NCBI GenBank assembly: GCA_041596615.1
Contig: JBFHIG010000004.1
Location: 5,280 to 69,279 of the forward strand
From: Candidatus Moraniibacteriota bacterium
GTDB taxonomy: Bacteria > Patescibacteriota > Minisyncoccia > Moranbacterales > DUUL01
Direction of reading: 5' to 3'
Length of the DNA stretch: 64,000 nt
The translations under genes and the position numbers were made by a program. How positions within the stretch are numbered: position 1 is the stretch's first letter; each line of letters opens with the position of its first letter. The notes beneath the pieces were generated by a model. It had not been told where the DNA came from and made no database searches. It worked only from the letters and a program-made list of their open reading frames with translations. Positions 35,996 through 43,974 of this stretch are shown here, in pieces.

Positions 35996-38098
35996 ATGAA
36001 GGATTTAAAAATTCCAAAAAGTGTTCAATATCTTTTAAAAAAGCTTGAATTAGTCAATTTCGAAGCTTTTGTTGTTGGCGGATGTGTCAGGGATCTTTTG
36101 CTGGGAAAAGAGCCAAAAGACTGGGATGTTACAACAAATGCAACTCCAAAGCAAATTTTGGGGGTTTTTGTTGATGGTAAATATGAAAATGAATTTGGAA
36201 CAGTTCTGATTTCTGATAAATACCTCACGGGATATGAAATCGTGTCTGATAAAATTAAAATAAAACCAGAAATAAAGGAAAAAATCATCAAAATAGCTCG
36301 AGAAAAATATCTTGCAAAAATAAAATGCAAAGGACATGGTATTCAACATTCTGAAAATGTGACAAAAAATGCACTTGAGATAGCAGGGACATTTAAAAGG
36401 ATTAACCCCGATTTTATCGAGATTATTGCAATGTTTCATGACGTAGGAAGGAGTGTCACAAAAAATCAGGGACATCAAGGGCATATTGAAGAAAGCCAAA
36501 AACTGTTAGAAAAAGAGACGGCAACTTTTTTGTCAAAAGAAGAAATAAAAGCCCTTAAAAAAGAAATTTTGCACAATTTCAACATCCCAAGAGAAAGTCT
36601 AGAAAGTCAAATACTAACAGAGGCTGATTTGATTGACGGGATTTGCGTGGAAAGGATTGAAGCAATGAATGACACGGCCAAAGAAGAACATAAGAAGTGG
36701 ATTGAGGAATATTATAATAATAAAGGGGCTTTTAGCCAGATAGTTACTGTTCGAGGACAGGAATTGATGGCAGAAGCAATTGATTTATATAACCGAGAGG
36801 GCTTTGATTTTCAAATATCTCAAATAGAAGTTGTTAAAAATGAGAATATTGAAATAACAACATATCGAACAGAGTCGGGATATTCAGATAAAAGACACCC
36901 AGATGAGGTGATATTTGCAAAAAGCCTAGAAGAAGACCTTTCAAGAAGGGATTTTACAATAAATGCCATGGCATTAAAACAACTTGCCCCAGCAAAAGCA
37001 AAGTTAAAAGAAGCTTTAAATCAGGAAAAATATCAAATAATTGACTTATTTGATGGTAAATTGGATCTTCAGAACAAACTTGTGCGTGCAGTTGGGAAGG
37101 CAAAGGAACGTTTTGAAGAAGATGCTCTTAGAATGCTCAGAGCAGTTCGTTTTGCAGCTTCCCTGAATTTTGAAATAGAAAAGAAAACCAAAGAGTCTAT
37201 CGAGAAAAAACTTGTGAATATAAGCTTTGTTTCAATAGAAAGAATCAGAGATGAGTTTGAAAAAATAATTCTCTCAGAGAATCCAGCGAGGGGGGTGGAA
37301 ATGCTTATGGAAACAGGATTAATGAAATATATCATTCCAGAAGTAATAAACACTGTTGGGGTGGAACAAAATCACCATCATTATTATGGAAAATATAATA
37401 CAGTTTATAAACACCTTGTTGCAAGCTTAGCTAAATGTCCTTCAAAAAAAATTGAAGTAAGATTAGCAGCATTTTTACATGACATTGGCAAGCCAGTAGT
37501 TAAGCAGGGAAGTGGGGAAAAAGCAACTTTTTATAACCATGAATATGTAGGTGAGAAAATGGTTAAAAAAATTCTAGAAAGACTTAAATTTACCAGAAAA
37601 ACAATTGAAAAAACAACATTACTTGTTAAAAATCACATGTTTTATTATAACGTTGATGAGGTTGGCGAGGCGGGTGTGAGACGGGTAGTGAGAAAGGTTG
37701 GTGTAAACAATATAAAAGATCTTATTGATGTGCGAATTGGAGATAGACTAGGAAGTGGTGTTCCAAAAGCCGTTCCATATAAATTGAGACATTTTCAATA
37801 TATGGTCGAAAAAGTTTCAAAGGACCCCATATCAGTTAAACAACTTAAAATAAACGGAGATATTCTCATAAGAGAGCTTAAAATAAAGCCTGGCCCACAA
37901 ATAGGTGCTATTTTAGAGGTTTTATTGGCAAAAGCAATAGAAAATCCCAAAATAAACGAGAAGAAAAAACTGCTAAACTTGGCTAGAAGTTTGAAAAAGG
38001 AAGATTTGGTTGACTTGAGGAAACTTGCAAAAAACAAAATTAAAAAAGAAAAAAATAAAGAAGATAGAGAAACAAAGAAAAAACACTGGGTTAAATAA
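35996..38098 (+). CDS. cca: CCA-adding tRNA nucleotidyltransferase (class II, PolyA_pol head) with a C-terminal HD domain and an extra HD-domain insertion in the head
   Basis: FVVGGCVRDLLLGKEPKDWDVTT, ITTYRTESGYSDKRHPDEV, EEDLSRRDFTINAMAL and C-terminal LAAFLHDIGKP. I chose the ATG at 35996 because the track start at 35969 overlaps tRNA-Arg. Confidence 0.8.
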   Translation: MKDLKIPKSVQYLLKKLELVNFEAFVVGGCVRDLLLGKEPKDWDVTTNATPKQILGVFVDGKYENEFGTVLISDKYLTGYEIVSDKIKIKPEIKEKIIKIAREKYLAKIKCKGHGIQHSENVTKNALEIAGTFKRINPDFIEIIAMFHDVGRSVTKNQGHQGHIEESQKLLEKETATFLSKEEIKALKKEILHNFNIPRESLESQILTEADLIDGICVERIEAMNDTAKEEHKKWIEEYYNNKGAFSQIVTVRGQELMAEAIDLYNREGFDFQISQIEVVKNENIEITTYRTESGYSDKRHPDEVIFAKSLEEDLSRRDFTINAMALKQLAPAKAKLKEALNQEKYQIIDLFDGKLDLQNKLVRAVGKAKERFEEDALRMLRAVRFAASLNFEIEKKTKESIEKKLVNISFVSIERIRDEFEKIILSENPARGVEMLMETGLMKYIIPEVINTVGVEQNHHHYYGKYNTVYKHLVASLAKCPSKKIEVRLAAFLHDIGKPVVKQGSGEKATFYNHEYVGEKMVKKILERLKFTRKTIEKTTLLVKNHMFYYNVDEVGEAGVRRVVRKVGVNNIKDLIDVRIGDRLGSGVPKAVPYKLRHFQYMVEKVSKDPISVKQLKINGDILIRELKIKPGPQIGAILEVLLAKAIENPKINEKKKLLNLARSLKKEDLVDLRKLAKNKIKKEKNKEDRETKKKHWVK

Positions 38099-38129
38099 GA
38101 ACAATGAAGTTTTTTAAATTAAAAAAGTG

Positions 38130-38158
38130 TTGACCGGAGCATTTATTTTGTTTATAGT
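38130..38158 (+). promoter_or_regulatory. Sigma-70-type promoter for the tRNA(CAU)/MFS unit
   Basis: TTGACC (38130-35), 17-nt spacer, TATAGT (38153-58). The tRNA starts 17 nt downstream. Confidence 0.55.
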
Positions 38159-38174
38159 AACAAAGTGAGAAAAA

Positions 38175-38247
38175 GGGACCATAGCTCAGTGGTTAGAGCA
38201 GTCGGCTCATAACCGATTGGTCGGAGGTTCAAATCCTCCTGGTCCCA
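38175..38247 (+). tRNA. tRNA with CAU anticodon, either elongator Met or lysidine-type Ile2; it resembles ileX-type tRNAs
   Basis: Acceptor GGGACCA/TGGTCCC (G1-C72, so not an initiator) and anticodon arm GTCGG-CTCATAA-CCGAT. The variable loop TGGTC and D-arm are close to E. coli tRNA-Ile2. No CCA is encoded. Confidence 0.85.
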
Positions 38248-38273
38248 CATCAAGTAAAAATAAAAAAAAATTA

Positions 38274-39470
38274 ATGAACTCTCCATTCAGGAGAACTAAA
38301 TATTTCGAAAGAAAACTTTCTCACGGGTTGGTTTCTTTGCTTACTAGCAGTGTTATTACAAACATCGCAAGTGGTTTTTTTGGTGTTTTTTTACCAATAT
38401 TTCTCTATGAGCTTTTTGATAAAAATATTCAGTTAGTAGTTTTATATTATCTTGCTGGTCAAATTTTGTATTTATTTCTCTTGCCTCTTGGTGCGCAATT
38501 TTTGAATAAGTTTGGATTTAAACATTCCTTACAATTAAGCACTATTTGTGGAGCTTTGTACTATTTTGGCTTAAGAATGTTGACGGCTGAAACGGTTTAT
38601 GTAGTAGTGCCTTTTTTGATTTTTAGTATAACGATTTGGAGAATTTTATATTGGGTTCCTTTTCATGTTGATTTTGCAAAATTTTCTGGTAAAAAAAATA
38701 AAGGAAAAGTTATTGGCCTTATGCAATCAACAGTCAGTCTTATTGGTGTGATTGCGCCAGTTGTTGCGGGATTTATCATTGTTAATTTTGGCTATAATGC
38801 ACTGTTTGTTATGGGGATAGTGCTTTACCTAAGCTCTTTATTGCCGTATATAACAATTCCAAAAACAAGAGAAAAATTTTCCTGGGGTTATTTTCAAACC
38901 TGGAAAAAGTTGTTTAAGAGAAATCACATTGGAACTACTATGGCTTTTATAGCAGATGGAGCAGAGTGTATTGTGGGTGCTGTTATCTGGCCTATTTTCA
39001 TTTTTATTATTTTAAAAGGTGATTACCTAAAAATCGGATCAGTTTCCTCGGCTGTTGTGCTTGTTACAATGACAATGCAATTGTTGGTGGGAAAATATGC
39101 TGATAAAAAACCAAAAAAGAGTATGTTAAGGATGGGAACATTTTTTTATGCCTCTGTTTGGATAGGAAAAATGTTTATTTTAACCTTTTTTCACATTTTT
39201 TTAGCGGATATGTTTCATAAATTTTCAAAAATATTTCTTAGAATCCCCTTTGATGCAAAAACCTATGAAATTGCTGCGGACCAAGGACATTACGTTGATG
39301 AATTCACTGTTTTACATGAGATGGCAATTTCTGTTGGGAAAATTTTAATGTATATTTCCATTGCCATTATTATGTTTTTTGTTTCATTAAAATGGGTCTT
39401 TATATTAGCAGCAATTGCAGCTTTGACTTTTAATATGATTTATTTTAAGGTAAGAGAGAAAAAGACTTAA
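38274..39470 (+). CDS. MFS-type transporter (about 12 TM)
   Basis: 398 aa from the ATG at 38274; the track start at 38217 overlaps the tRNA. TM segments are regularly spaced. The family call rests on topology and general resemblance. Confidence 0.6.
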   Translation: MNSPFRRTKYFERKLSHGLVSLLTSSVITNIASGFFGVFLPIFLYELFDKNIQLVVLYYLAGQILYLFLLPLGAQFLNKFGFKHSLQLSTICGALYYFGLRMLTAETVYVVVPFLIFSITIWRILYWVPFHVDFAKFSGKKNKGKVIGLMQSTVSLIGVIAPVVAGFIIVNFGYNALFVMGIVLYLSSLLPYITIPKTREKFSWGYFQTWKKLFKRNHIGTTMAFIADGAECIVGAVIWPIFIFIILKGDYLKIGSVSSAVVLVTMTMQLLVGKYADKKPKKSMLRMGTFFYASVWIGKMFILTFFHIFLADMFHKFSKIFLRIPFDAKTYEIAADQGHYVDEFTVLHEMAISVGKILMYISIAIIMFFVSLKWVFILAAIAALTFNMIYFKVREKKT

Positions 39471-39520
39471 AATATCTTAAAAAATAAGAAAAAAAGCCAT
39501 TTTTTGAGTTAATTAACATG

Positions 39521-39669
39521 TTATCCACAGGCATAGAATCCCTTAAAAAAAGGTCTTGTGAAGAAAAAGTGGAGAAAATAAAAAAAACTGTGGAAAACTC
39601 TTATTTTCTGCTGAGATAAAGTTTTTTGAGAGAAAAAATGAAAAATAACCCTAAAAAAGTTGTGGCAAA
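39521..39669. promoter_or_regulatory. Second DnaA-box cluster (4 boxes) upstream of rarA
   Basis: TTATCCACA (39521-29) is a perfect consensus on the plus strand. AGTGGAGAA (39568-76), TGTGGAAAA (39589-97) and TGTGGCAAA (39661-69) are in the opposite orientation. Confidence 0.55.
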
Positions 39670-39677
39670 AGTAATAA

Positions 39678-40901
39678 ATGAAAGTAGCGGAAAATAAAAA
39701 CGAGAATAAAAAACCGCTTGCAGACAGACTGAGACCGAACAAGCTTTCGGATTTTTTTGGGCAGGAAAAAATAATCGGAAAAAATTCTTTTTTAAGAAAA
39801 GCAATTTTAAATGATTCTGTTCCTTCCATGGTTTTTTGGGGACCACCAGGGAGCGGAAAAACAACTTTAGCACACATCATTGCCAATAAAACCAAAGCAG
39901 AATTTGTAGAATTAAGTGCTGTTTCTAGCGGGAAAAAAGATTTAATAAAAATTGTGGAGGAGGCAAATAAGAGATCTCAAAAGGAAAATAAAAAAACAAT
40001 TCTTTTTATTGATGAGATCCATCGTTGGAATAAAGCACAACAAGATGCTTTGTTGCCATTTGTGGAAAAGGGAATCCTGACCTTAATTGGTGCCACCACA
40101 GAAAACCCCAGTTTTGAAGTTAATTCGGCTCTTATTTCAAGAGCAAGAGTTTTTGTTTTACACAAACTTTCAAAAGTGGAAATGGTGGGAATTATTAAAA
40201 AAACACTTACAAAATTAGCAAAAGAAGAAAAAGACCTTCGTATTGAGACTGAAGCAATAGCAACTCTAGCTGATTTTTCCAACGGTGATGCTAGAATGGC
40301 CTTAAATACGCTAGAGGCTTGTCTTGAGGATGCCAAAAGAACAAAAAAAGAGATAACTAAAGAAAACATAAAGGAGGTTTTACAAAAAACACATCTTCTG
40401 TATGATAAAAATGGTGAAGAGCACTACAATATAATCTCAGCATTGCATAAATCGCTGAGAGGTGGTGATGCACATGCCAGCATTTATTGGCTGGCACGAA
40501 TGCTTGAAGGGGGGGAAGACCCAGTGTATATTGCGAGGAGATTAGTGCGATTTGCTTCAGAAGACGTTGGATTGGCTGATAATCATGCACTTATTCTAGC
40601 AAATGCTGTTTTTGACTCTTGTAAAAAAATTGGTTACCCAGAATGTAATGTCCATCTTTCGCAATGTGTTATTTATCTTGCAAAAACCAAAAAAAGTATT
40701 TTGGCATATGACGCTTATAAAGAAGCAAAGAGGGATGTGGAAAAATATGGAAACTTGGATGTTCCGCTTCAGATTAGAAATGCCCCCACTAAGCTAATGA
40801 AAGAGCTAAATTATGGGAAAGGATATAAATACACACCCAAGGAAGATAGTTCAGAGCAACAATATTTGCCAGATGAGTTGAGGGATCGGAAATATTTTTA
40901 A
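39678..40901 (+). CDS. rarA: Replication-associated recombination protein A (RarA/MgsA AAA+ ATPase)
   Basis: LADRLRPNKLSDFFGQEKIIG, Walker A FWGPPGSGKTTLA, FIDEIHRWNKAQQDALLP, and the C-terminal MgsA domain (HYNIISALHKSLRGGDAHASIYWLARML). Confidence 0.9.
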   Translation: MKVAENKNENKKPLADRLRPNKLSDFFGQEKIIGKNSFLRKAILNDSVPSMVFWGPPGSGKTTLAHIIANKTKAEFVELSAVSSGKKDLIKIVEEANKRSQKENKKTILFIDEIHRWNKAQQDALLPFVEKGILTLIGATTENPSFEVNSALISRARVFVLHKLSKVEMVGIIKKTLTKLAKEEKDLRIETEAIATLADFSNGDARMALNTLEACLEDAKRTKKEITKENIKEVLQKTHLLYDKNGEEHYNIISALHKSLRGGDAHASIYWLARMLEGGEDPVYIARRLVRFASEDVGLADNHALILANAVFDSCKKIGYPECNVHLSQCVIYLAKTKKSILAYDAYKEAKRDVEKYGNLDVPLQIRNAPTKLMKELNYGKGYKYTPKEDSSEQQYLPDELRDRKYF

Positions 40902-41080
40902 GCCAGAAGGCTCTAGAATGAGCCACAGAGCGTTTGAATAGAATAAATAAGGAGAATGTGCCAGCCAGCCCGAGGTTGGTCCGCCTAGGGCGGGATATGC
41001 ACGAAAGGAGTTTTTTCCCGAAAGCAGTAATGGAAAAAAGATCTTAAGAAAAGATTGGTTGAAAGTTTGTTGTAGTTTAT

Positions 41081-41170
41081 GGAGAAATGCCAGAGTGGTT
41101 GAATGGGACGCTCTCGAAAAGCGTTGGGCCTTCACAGGTCCCGGGAGTTCGAATCTCCCTTTCTCCGCCA
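41081..41170 (+). tRNA. tRNA-Ser (anticodon CGA), with a long variable arm and an encoded 3' CCA
   Basis: Acceptor GGAGAAA/TTTCTCC, anticodon arm ACGCT-CTCGAAA-AGCGT, long extra arm, T-arm GGGAG-TTCGAAT-CTCCC, discriminator G followed by CCA. Confidence 0.9.
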
Positions 41171-41205
41171 AAAATTTAATTGAAAAATTTAAAATATACA
41201 ACAAA

Positions 41206-41724
41206 ATGATTGAACTAGAAAAAACATATTTAGCAAAGGAGTTGCCAACTGGTTTGGAGAATTGTGAACACAAGGAAATTATTGATATTTATTTGCCAAA
41301 AGAGAGTGAGCATCCAGTTTTGAGATTGCGCAAAAATGGGGATAAATACGAAATGACTAAAAAAGAACCGGTTAAGGGAAATGATTCTTCAAAACAGCTT
41401 GAACAAACGATTATTTTAGACAAAAATGAATTTGAAGCGCTGCAGAAAGTTCCTGGAAAAAGGGTTGTAAAAGAAAGATATCTCTATCCATATCAAGGTA
41501 TAATGGCCGAAATTGATGTTTTTAAAGAGGATCTGCAAGGTTTGGTCGTCGTCGATGTTGAATTTGAGGAGGAAGAGAAAAAAGATAGTTTTCAGATGCC
41601 AGAATTTTGTCTTTTGGATGTGACACAAGAGAAATTTCTTGCAGGGGGAATGCTTTGCGGAAAAAAATATAAGGACATTGAAGCAAACTTAGAAAAAGCA
41701 GGATATACCAAGCTTGATTTTTAA
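41206..41724 (+). CDS. CYTH-domain protein (triphosphate tunnel metalloenzyme family)
   Basis: MIELEKTYLAKELP (ExExK-type start), ..LRLRKNGDKYEMTKK.. and ..EIDVFKEDLQGLVVVDVEFE. I chose the ATG at 41206 because the track start overlaps tRNA-Ser. Confidence 0.7.
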   Translation: MIELEKTYLAKELPTGLENCEHKEIIDIYLPKESEHPVLRLRKNGDKYEMTKKEPVKGNDSSKQLEQTIILDKNEFEALQKVPGKRVVKERYLYPYQGIMAEIDVFKEDLQGLVVVDVEFEEEEKKDSFQMPEFCLLDVTQEKFLAGGMLCGKKYKDIEANLEKAGYTKLDF

Positions 41725-41731
41725 TAAAAAG

Positions 41732-42526
41732 ATGTCAGATAATAGACCAATTGGCGTTTTAGACTCGGGGGTAGGAGGACTTTCAGTCACAAAAGAGTTA
41801 ATTAAAGTTCTACCTAAAGAAAAAATTGTTTATTTTGCAGATAGTAAAAACTGTCCATATGGAACAAAAACATTGGCGGAGATTAGAGAAAACACCACAA
41901 AAATGGTAGATTTTCTAATTAAAAAAAAGTGCAAAATGGTTATTTTTGCCTGCAATTCAATCACTTCAACGCTTATAGAAGAGTTTCGTTTGAAATACCG
42001 GGTACCATTTGTGGGAATTGAACCAGCAACATTGGTAGCAGCCAGAAAAACTAAAAAAGGAAAGATAGGCGTTTTAGTGACAAAAGCAACAGCCAAAAGC
42101 AAGCTTTTTAATAAAACAAAGGAGAGTATTTCGGCAGAAATTGAGGTGAGCGTTGGAATTGGAGAGGGAATGGTAGAATTGGTTGAAAGAGGTATTCTTG
42201 AAGGAAAAGAAGCAGAGAAGATTGTATTAAAAAATGTTCTGTATTTTAAAGAAAAAGGTGTTGACCAGTTGGTTTTGGGTTGCACACATTATCCTTTTTT
42301 AGTTAAGACCCTGAAAAAAATTGCACCAGAAATAAATTTTCTGGACTCAGCAACGGGTGTTGCTACTAGAACAAAAGACATTTTGGAGTTAAATAAATTA
42401 GAAAACAAAGACACAAAAGAAGTTTTTTATGAATTCTATTTTTCACAAAAAGCATTGGGGTGGGACATTTTATTAAAAGAAATAGATTTTAAAGGTACAA
42501 AAAAGTTGGAACTGACAAAGTTTTAA
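41732..42526 (+). CDS. murI: Glutamate racemase
   Basis: IGVLDSGVGGLSV, YFADSKNCPYG, IFACNSITS and LGCTHYPFL with both catalytic Cys contexts. I chose the ATG at 41732; the track start at 41714 is TTG. Confidence 0.9.
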   Translation: MSDNRPIGVLDSGVGGLSVTKELIKVLPKEKIVYFADSKNCPYGTKTLAEIRENTTKMVDFLIKKKCKMVIFACNSITSTLIEEFRLKYRVPFVGIEPATLVAARKTKKGKIGVLVTKATAKSKLFNKTKESISAEIEVSVGIGEGMVELVERGILEGKEAEKIVLKNVLYFKEKGVDQLVLGCTHYPFLVKTLKKIAPEINFLDSATGVATRTKDILELNKLENKDTKEVFYEFYFSQKALGWDILLKEIDFKGTKKLELTKF

Positions 42527-42536
42527 ATGATAAAAA

Positions 42537-43579
42537 TTCAAGTTAACAATGCACCACTTTTTACTATTTCGTTAGGACTTAGGTAGTTAAGCTTTTTTCT
42601 AGGTCTGTTATTAAGCTTCTCTTGAATTAAATAAATATCTTCATTGCTAATATTTTCTAAATTTGTATTTCTTGGCAAATATTGCCTAATCAGCTTATTC
42701 ATATTTTCAACGCCTCCTTTTTGCCAAGATTTAAAAGGGTCACAAAAATAAGTTTCAATTTCAAACAAATCTTTAGCAAGATAATGTTTACTTCCTTCTA
42801 AACCATTGTCGAATGTAATACTTTTAAAGATCTTTGGATGCAATGAATTACCTGTTTTAATTATTGCTTTTAGTGTCTCGTCAGCACCTTTGTTGTTTAA
42901 TTTCTGAATTCTGACTAATTGAGATTTTCTCTCATATTGAACAGACAAATACTTTCCATTCGCAATTCTCTTAAACTCAACAGTGTCACTTTCCCAATCT
43001 CCGTATCTTTCTTTGTTTTGAATCATCAGGGGTCTATCTTGGATAGAAACCCTGTCTTTTATTGAAATTTCCTTGCTTTTTCTCTTTCCCCATTTGAACC
43101 TTTTTGCTCTATTTGTTCTTAAATGCCGGTACAATTTTTTGTATTTCTCTGACTTCTCGTAGATGTAATAGTAGATACTTTCGTGGCTAATTGTTAAACC
43201 GTCTAACACATCCAGCCCATTTAATCTACCCGTTATCTGTTCTGGGCTCCAATCATCTTTTAATTTAGTTTCAACGTACTCTTTAAGTTTAGGATATTTT
43301 TCTAGCTTGCCTTTTCTCTTTTTAATTTTTCTTTCCTCGCAAAGCTGCTGTGCTATATCTGCACGATATTTGACTCTCCCCGAACTATTTCTTTGAATTT
43401 CTCTCACTATTACAGAATGATCTTTTAGGATCAATTTACTAATCTTTCTCAGACTCATTTTAGTTCTGAGCCAAAACTGAAGTCTTTGTCGATCAAAAAA
43501 GGTTAGTTCATTTGACATGTGCATACTAATTATGATTAAGGTTTATTTTAACATACTAGTGGTGCATTAAGTTTAGAAT
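42537..43579 (-). mobile_element. IS30-family insertion sequence (about 1.04 kb)
   Basis: Imperfect terminal inverted repeats: ATTCAAGTTAACAATGCACCACT (42537-42558) against the reverse complement of 43558-43579, ATTCTAAACTTAATGCACCACT. They share the ATTC end and an exact 11-bp AATGCACCACT core. The element encloses a single transposase ORF. The exact ends and any target duplication are unresolved. Confidence 0.65.
42538..43524 (-). CDS. IS30-family DDE transposase
   Basis: N-terminal HTH (RKISKLILKDHSVIVREIQRN), then DWESDTV, TFDNGLEG and QKGGVENMNKLIRQYLPR..., the IS30-type DDE layout. Confidence 0.85.
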   Translation of the reverse strand: MHMSNELTFFDRQRLQFWLRTKMSLRKISKLILKDHSVIVREIQRNSSGRVKYRADIAQQLCEERKIKKRKGKLEKYPKLKEYVETKLKDDWSPEQITGRLNGLDVLDGLTISHESIYYYIYEKSEKYKKLYRHLRTNRAKRFKWGKRKSKEISIKDRVSIQDRPLMIQNKERYGDWESDTVEFKRIANGKYLSVQYERKSQLVRIQKLNNKGADETLKAIIKTGNSLHPKIFKSITFDNGLEGSKHYLAKDLFEIETYFCDPFKSWQKGGVENMNKLIRQYLPRNTNLENISNEDIYLIQEKLNNRPRKKLNYLSPNEIVKSGALLT

Positions 43580-43599
43580 CTTTCTGAAATTGCTTGCTA

Positions 43600-43628
43600 T
43601 TGATTTTAAATCTTTTTGATGCTAAAGT
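43600..43628 (+). promoter_or_regulatory. Extended -10 promoter for the tRNA-Phe/tRNA-Gly unit
   Basis: TTGATT (43600-05), 17-nt spacer ending TGC, then TAAAGT (43623-28). Confidence 0.5.
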
Positions 43629-43645
43629 GTTTTTGTGTGTTAAAA

Positions 43646-43697
43646 GCCGAGGTAGCTTAGTTCCGCCAAGGAGGCGGACAGGGTCCGAGCTAAAGGC
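43646..43697 (+). other. tRNA-Phe 5' fragment duplicate followed by a GC-rich hairpin (leader element or tRNA remnant)
   Basis: GCCGAGGTAGCTTAG matches the first 15 nt of the tRNA-Phe gene 82 bp downstream at 14 of 15 positions. It is followed by TCCGCC-AAGGA-GGCGGA (6-bp stem). TAGCT/AGCTA and GCC/GGC can close an outer helix. Confidence 0.4.
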
Positions 43698-43727
43698 TAA
43701 AAAACTTCACAATATCGACTAAATTCA

Positions 43728-43799
43728 GCCGAGGTAGCTCAGTGGTAGAGCAAAGGACTGAAAATCCTTGTGTCGGCAGTTCAATCCTGCCTCTCGGCA
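43728..43799 (+). tRNA. tRNA-Phe (anticodon GAA)
   Basis: Acceptor GCCGAGG/TCTCGGC (contains one G-T wobble pair), anticodon arm AAGGA-CTGAAAA-TCCTT, T-arm GGCAG-TTCAATC-CTGCC, discriminator A. No CCA is encoded. Confidence 0.9.
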
Positions 43800-43822
43800 C
43801 ACTTTTTTCTAAAATATAAAAA

Positions 43823-43894
43823 GCGGGTGTGGCATAATGGTAATGCATCTCCTTGCCAAGGAGAAGATCGCGAGTTCGATTCTCGTCACCCGCT
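43823..43894 (+). tRNA. tRNA-Gly (anticodon GCC)
   Basis: Acceptor GCGGGTG/CACCCGC, anticodon arm TCTCC-TTGCCAA-GGAGA, T-loop TTCGATT, discriminator U. No CCA is encoded. Confidence 0.9.
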
Positions 43895-43904
43895 CATTTT
43901 CTAG

Positions 43905-43938
43905 AACATCCCCAACTTGTGGGGATGTTTTTTGTTTT
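43905..43938 (+). terminator. Intrinsic terminator of the tRNA cluster
   Basis: AACATCCCCA (43905-14) and TGGGGATGTT (43920-29) form a 10-bp stem with a 5-nt loop, followed by TTTTGTTTT. Confidence 0.7.
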
Positions 43939-43974
43939 ATGGTAGAATGAAAACATAATAATTACTAAAAATAT

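Noticed and set aside
39521-39895. Two overlapping minus-strand ORFs of 124 aa and 90 aa.
   Set aside because: They run antisense through the rarA start and the DnaA-box spacer, are low-complexity and Phe/Lys-rich, and have no motif. They are typical shadow ORFs.
40955-41010. Possible small SRP (4.5S) RNA, based on loose resemblance of AGGTTGGTCCG...GCGGGATATGCAC to E. coli 4.5S segments.
   Set aside because: The defining helix-8 features are absent on either strand: no GNRA tetraloop flanked by the GGAAGCAGC-type asymmetric and symmetric loops. I kept it only as an unclassified structured element.
40851-41273. 140-aa minus-strand ORF; also the N-terminal extensions of the 41059, 38217 and 35969 plus-strand ORFs.
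   Set aside because: All overlap well-folded tRNA genes (Ser, CAU, Arg). Internal ATG starts downstream of the tRNAs give proteins that begin at the conserved family N-termini.
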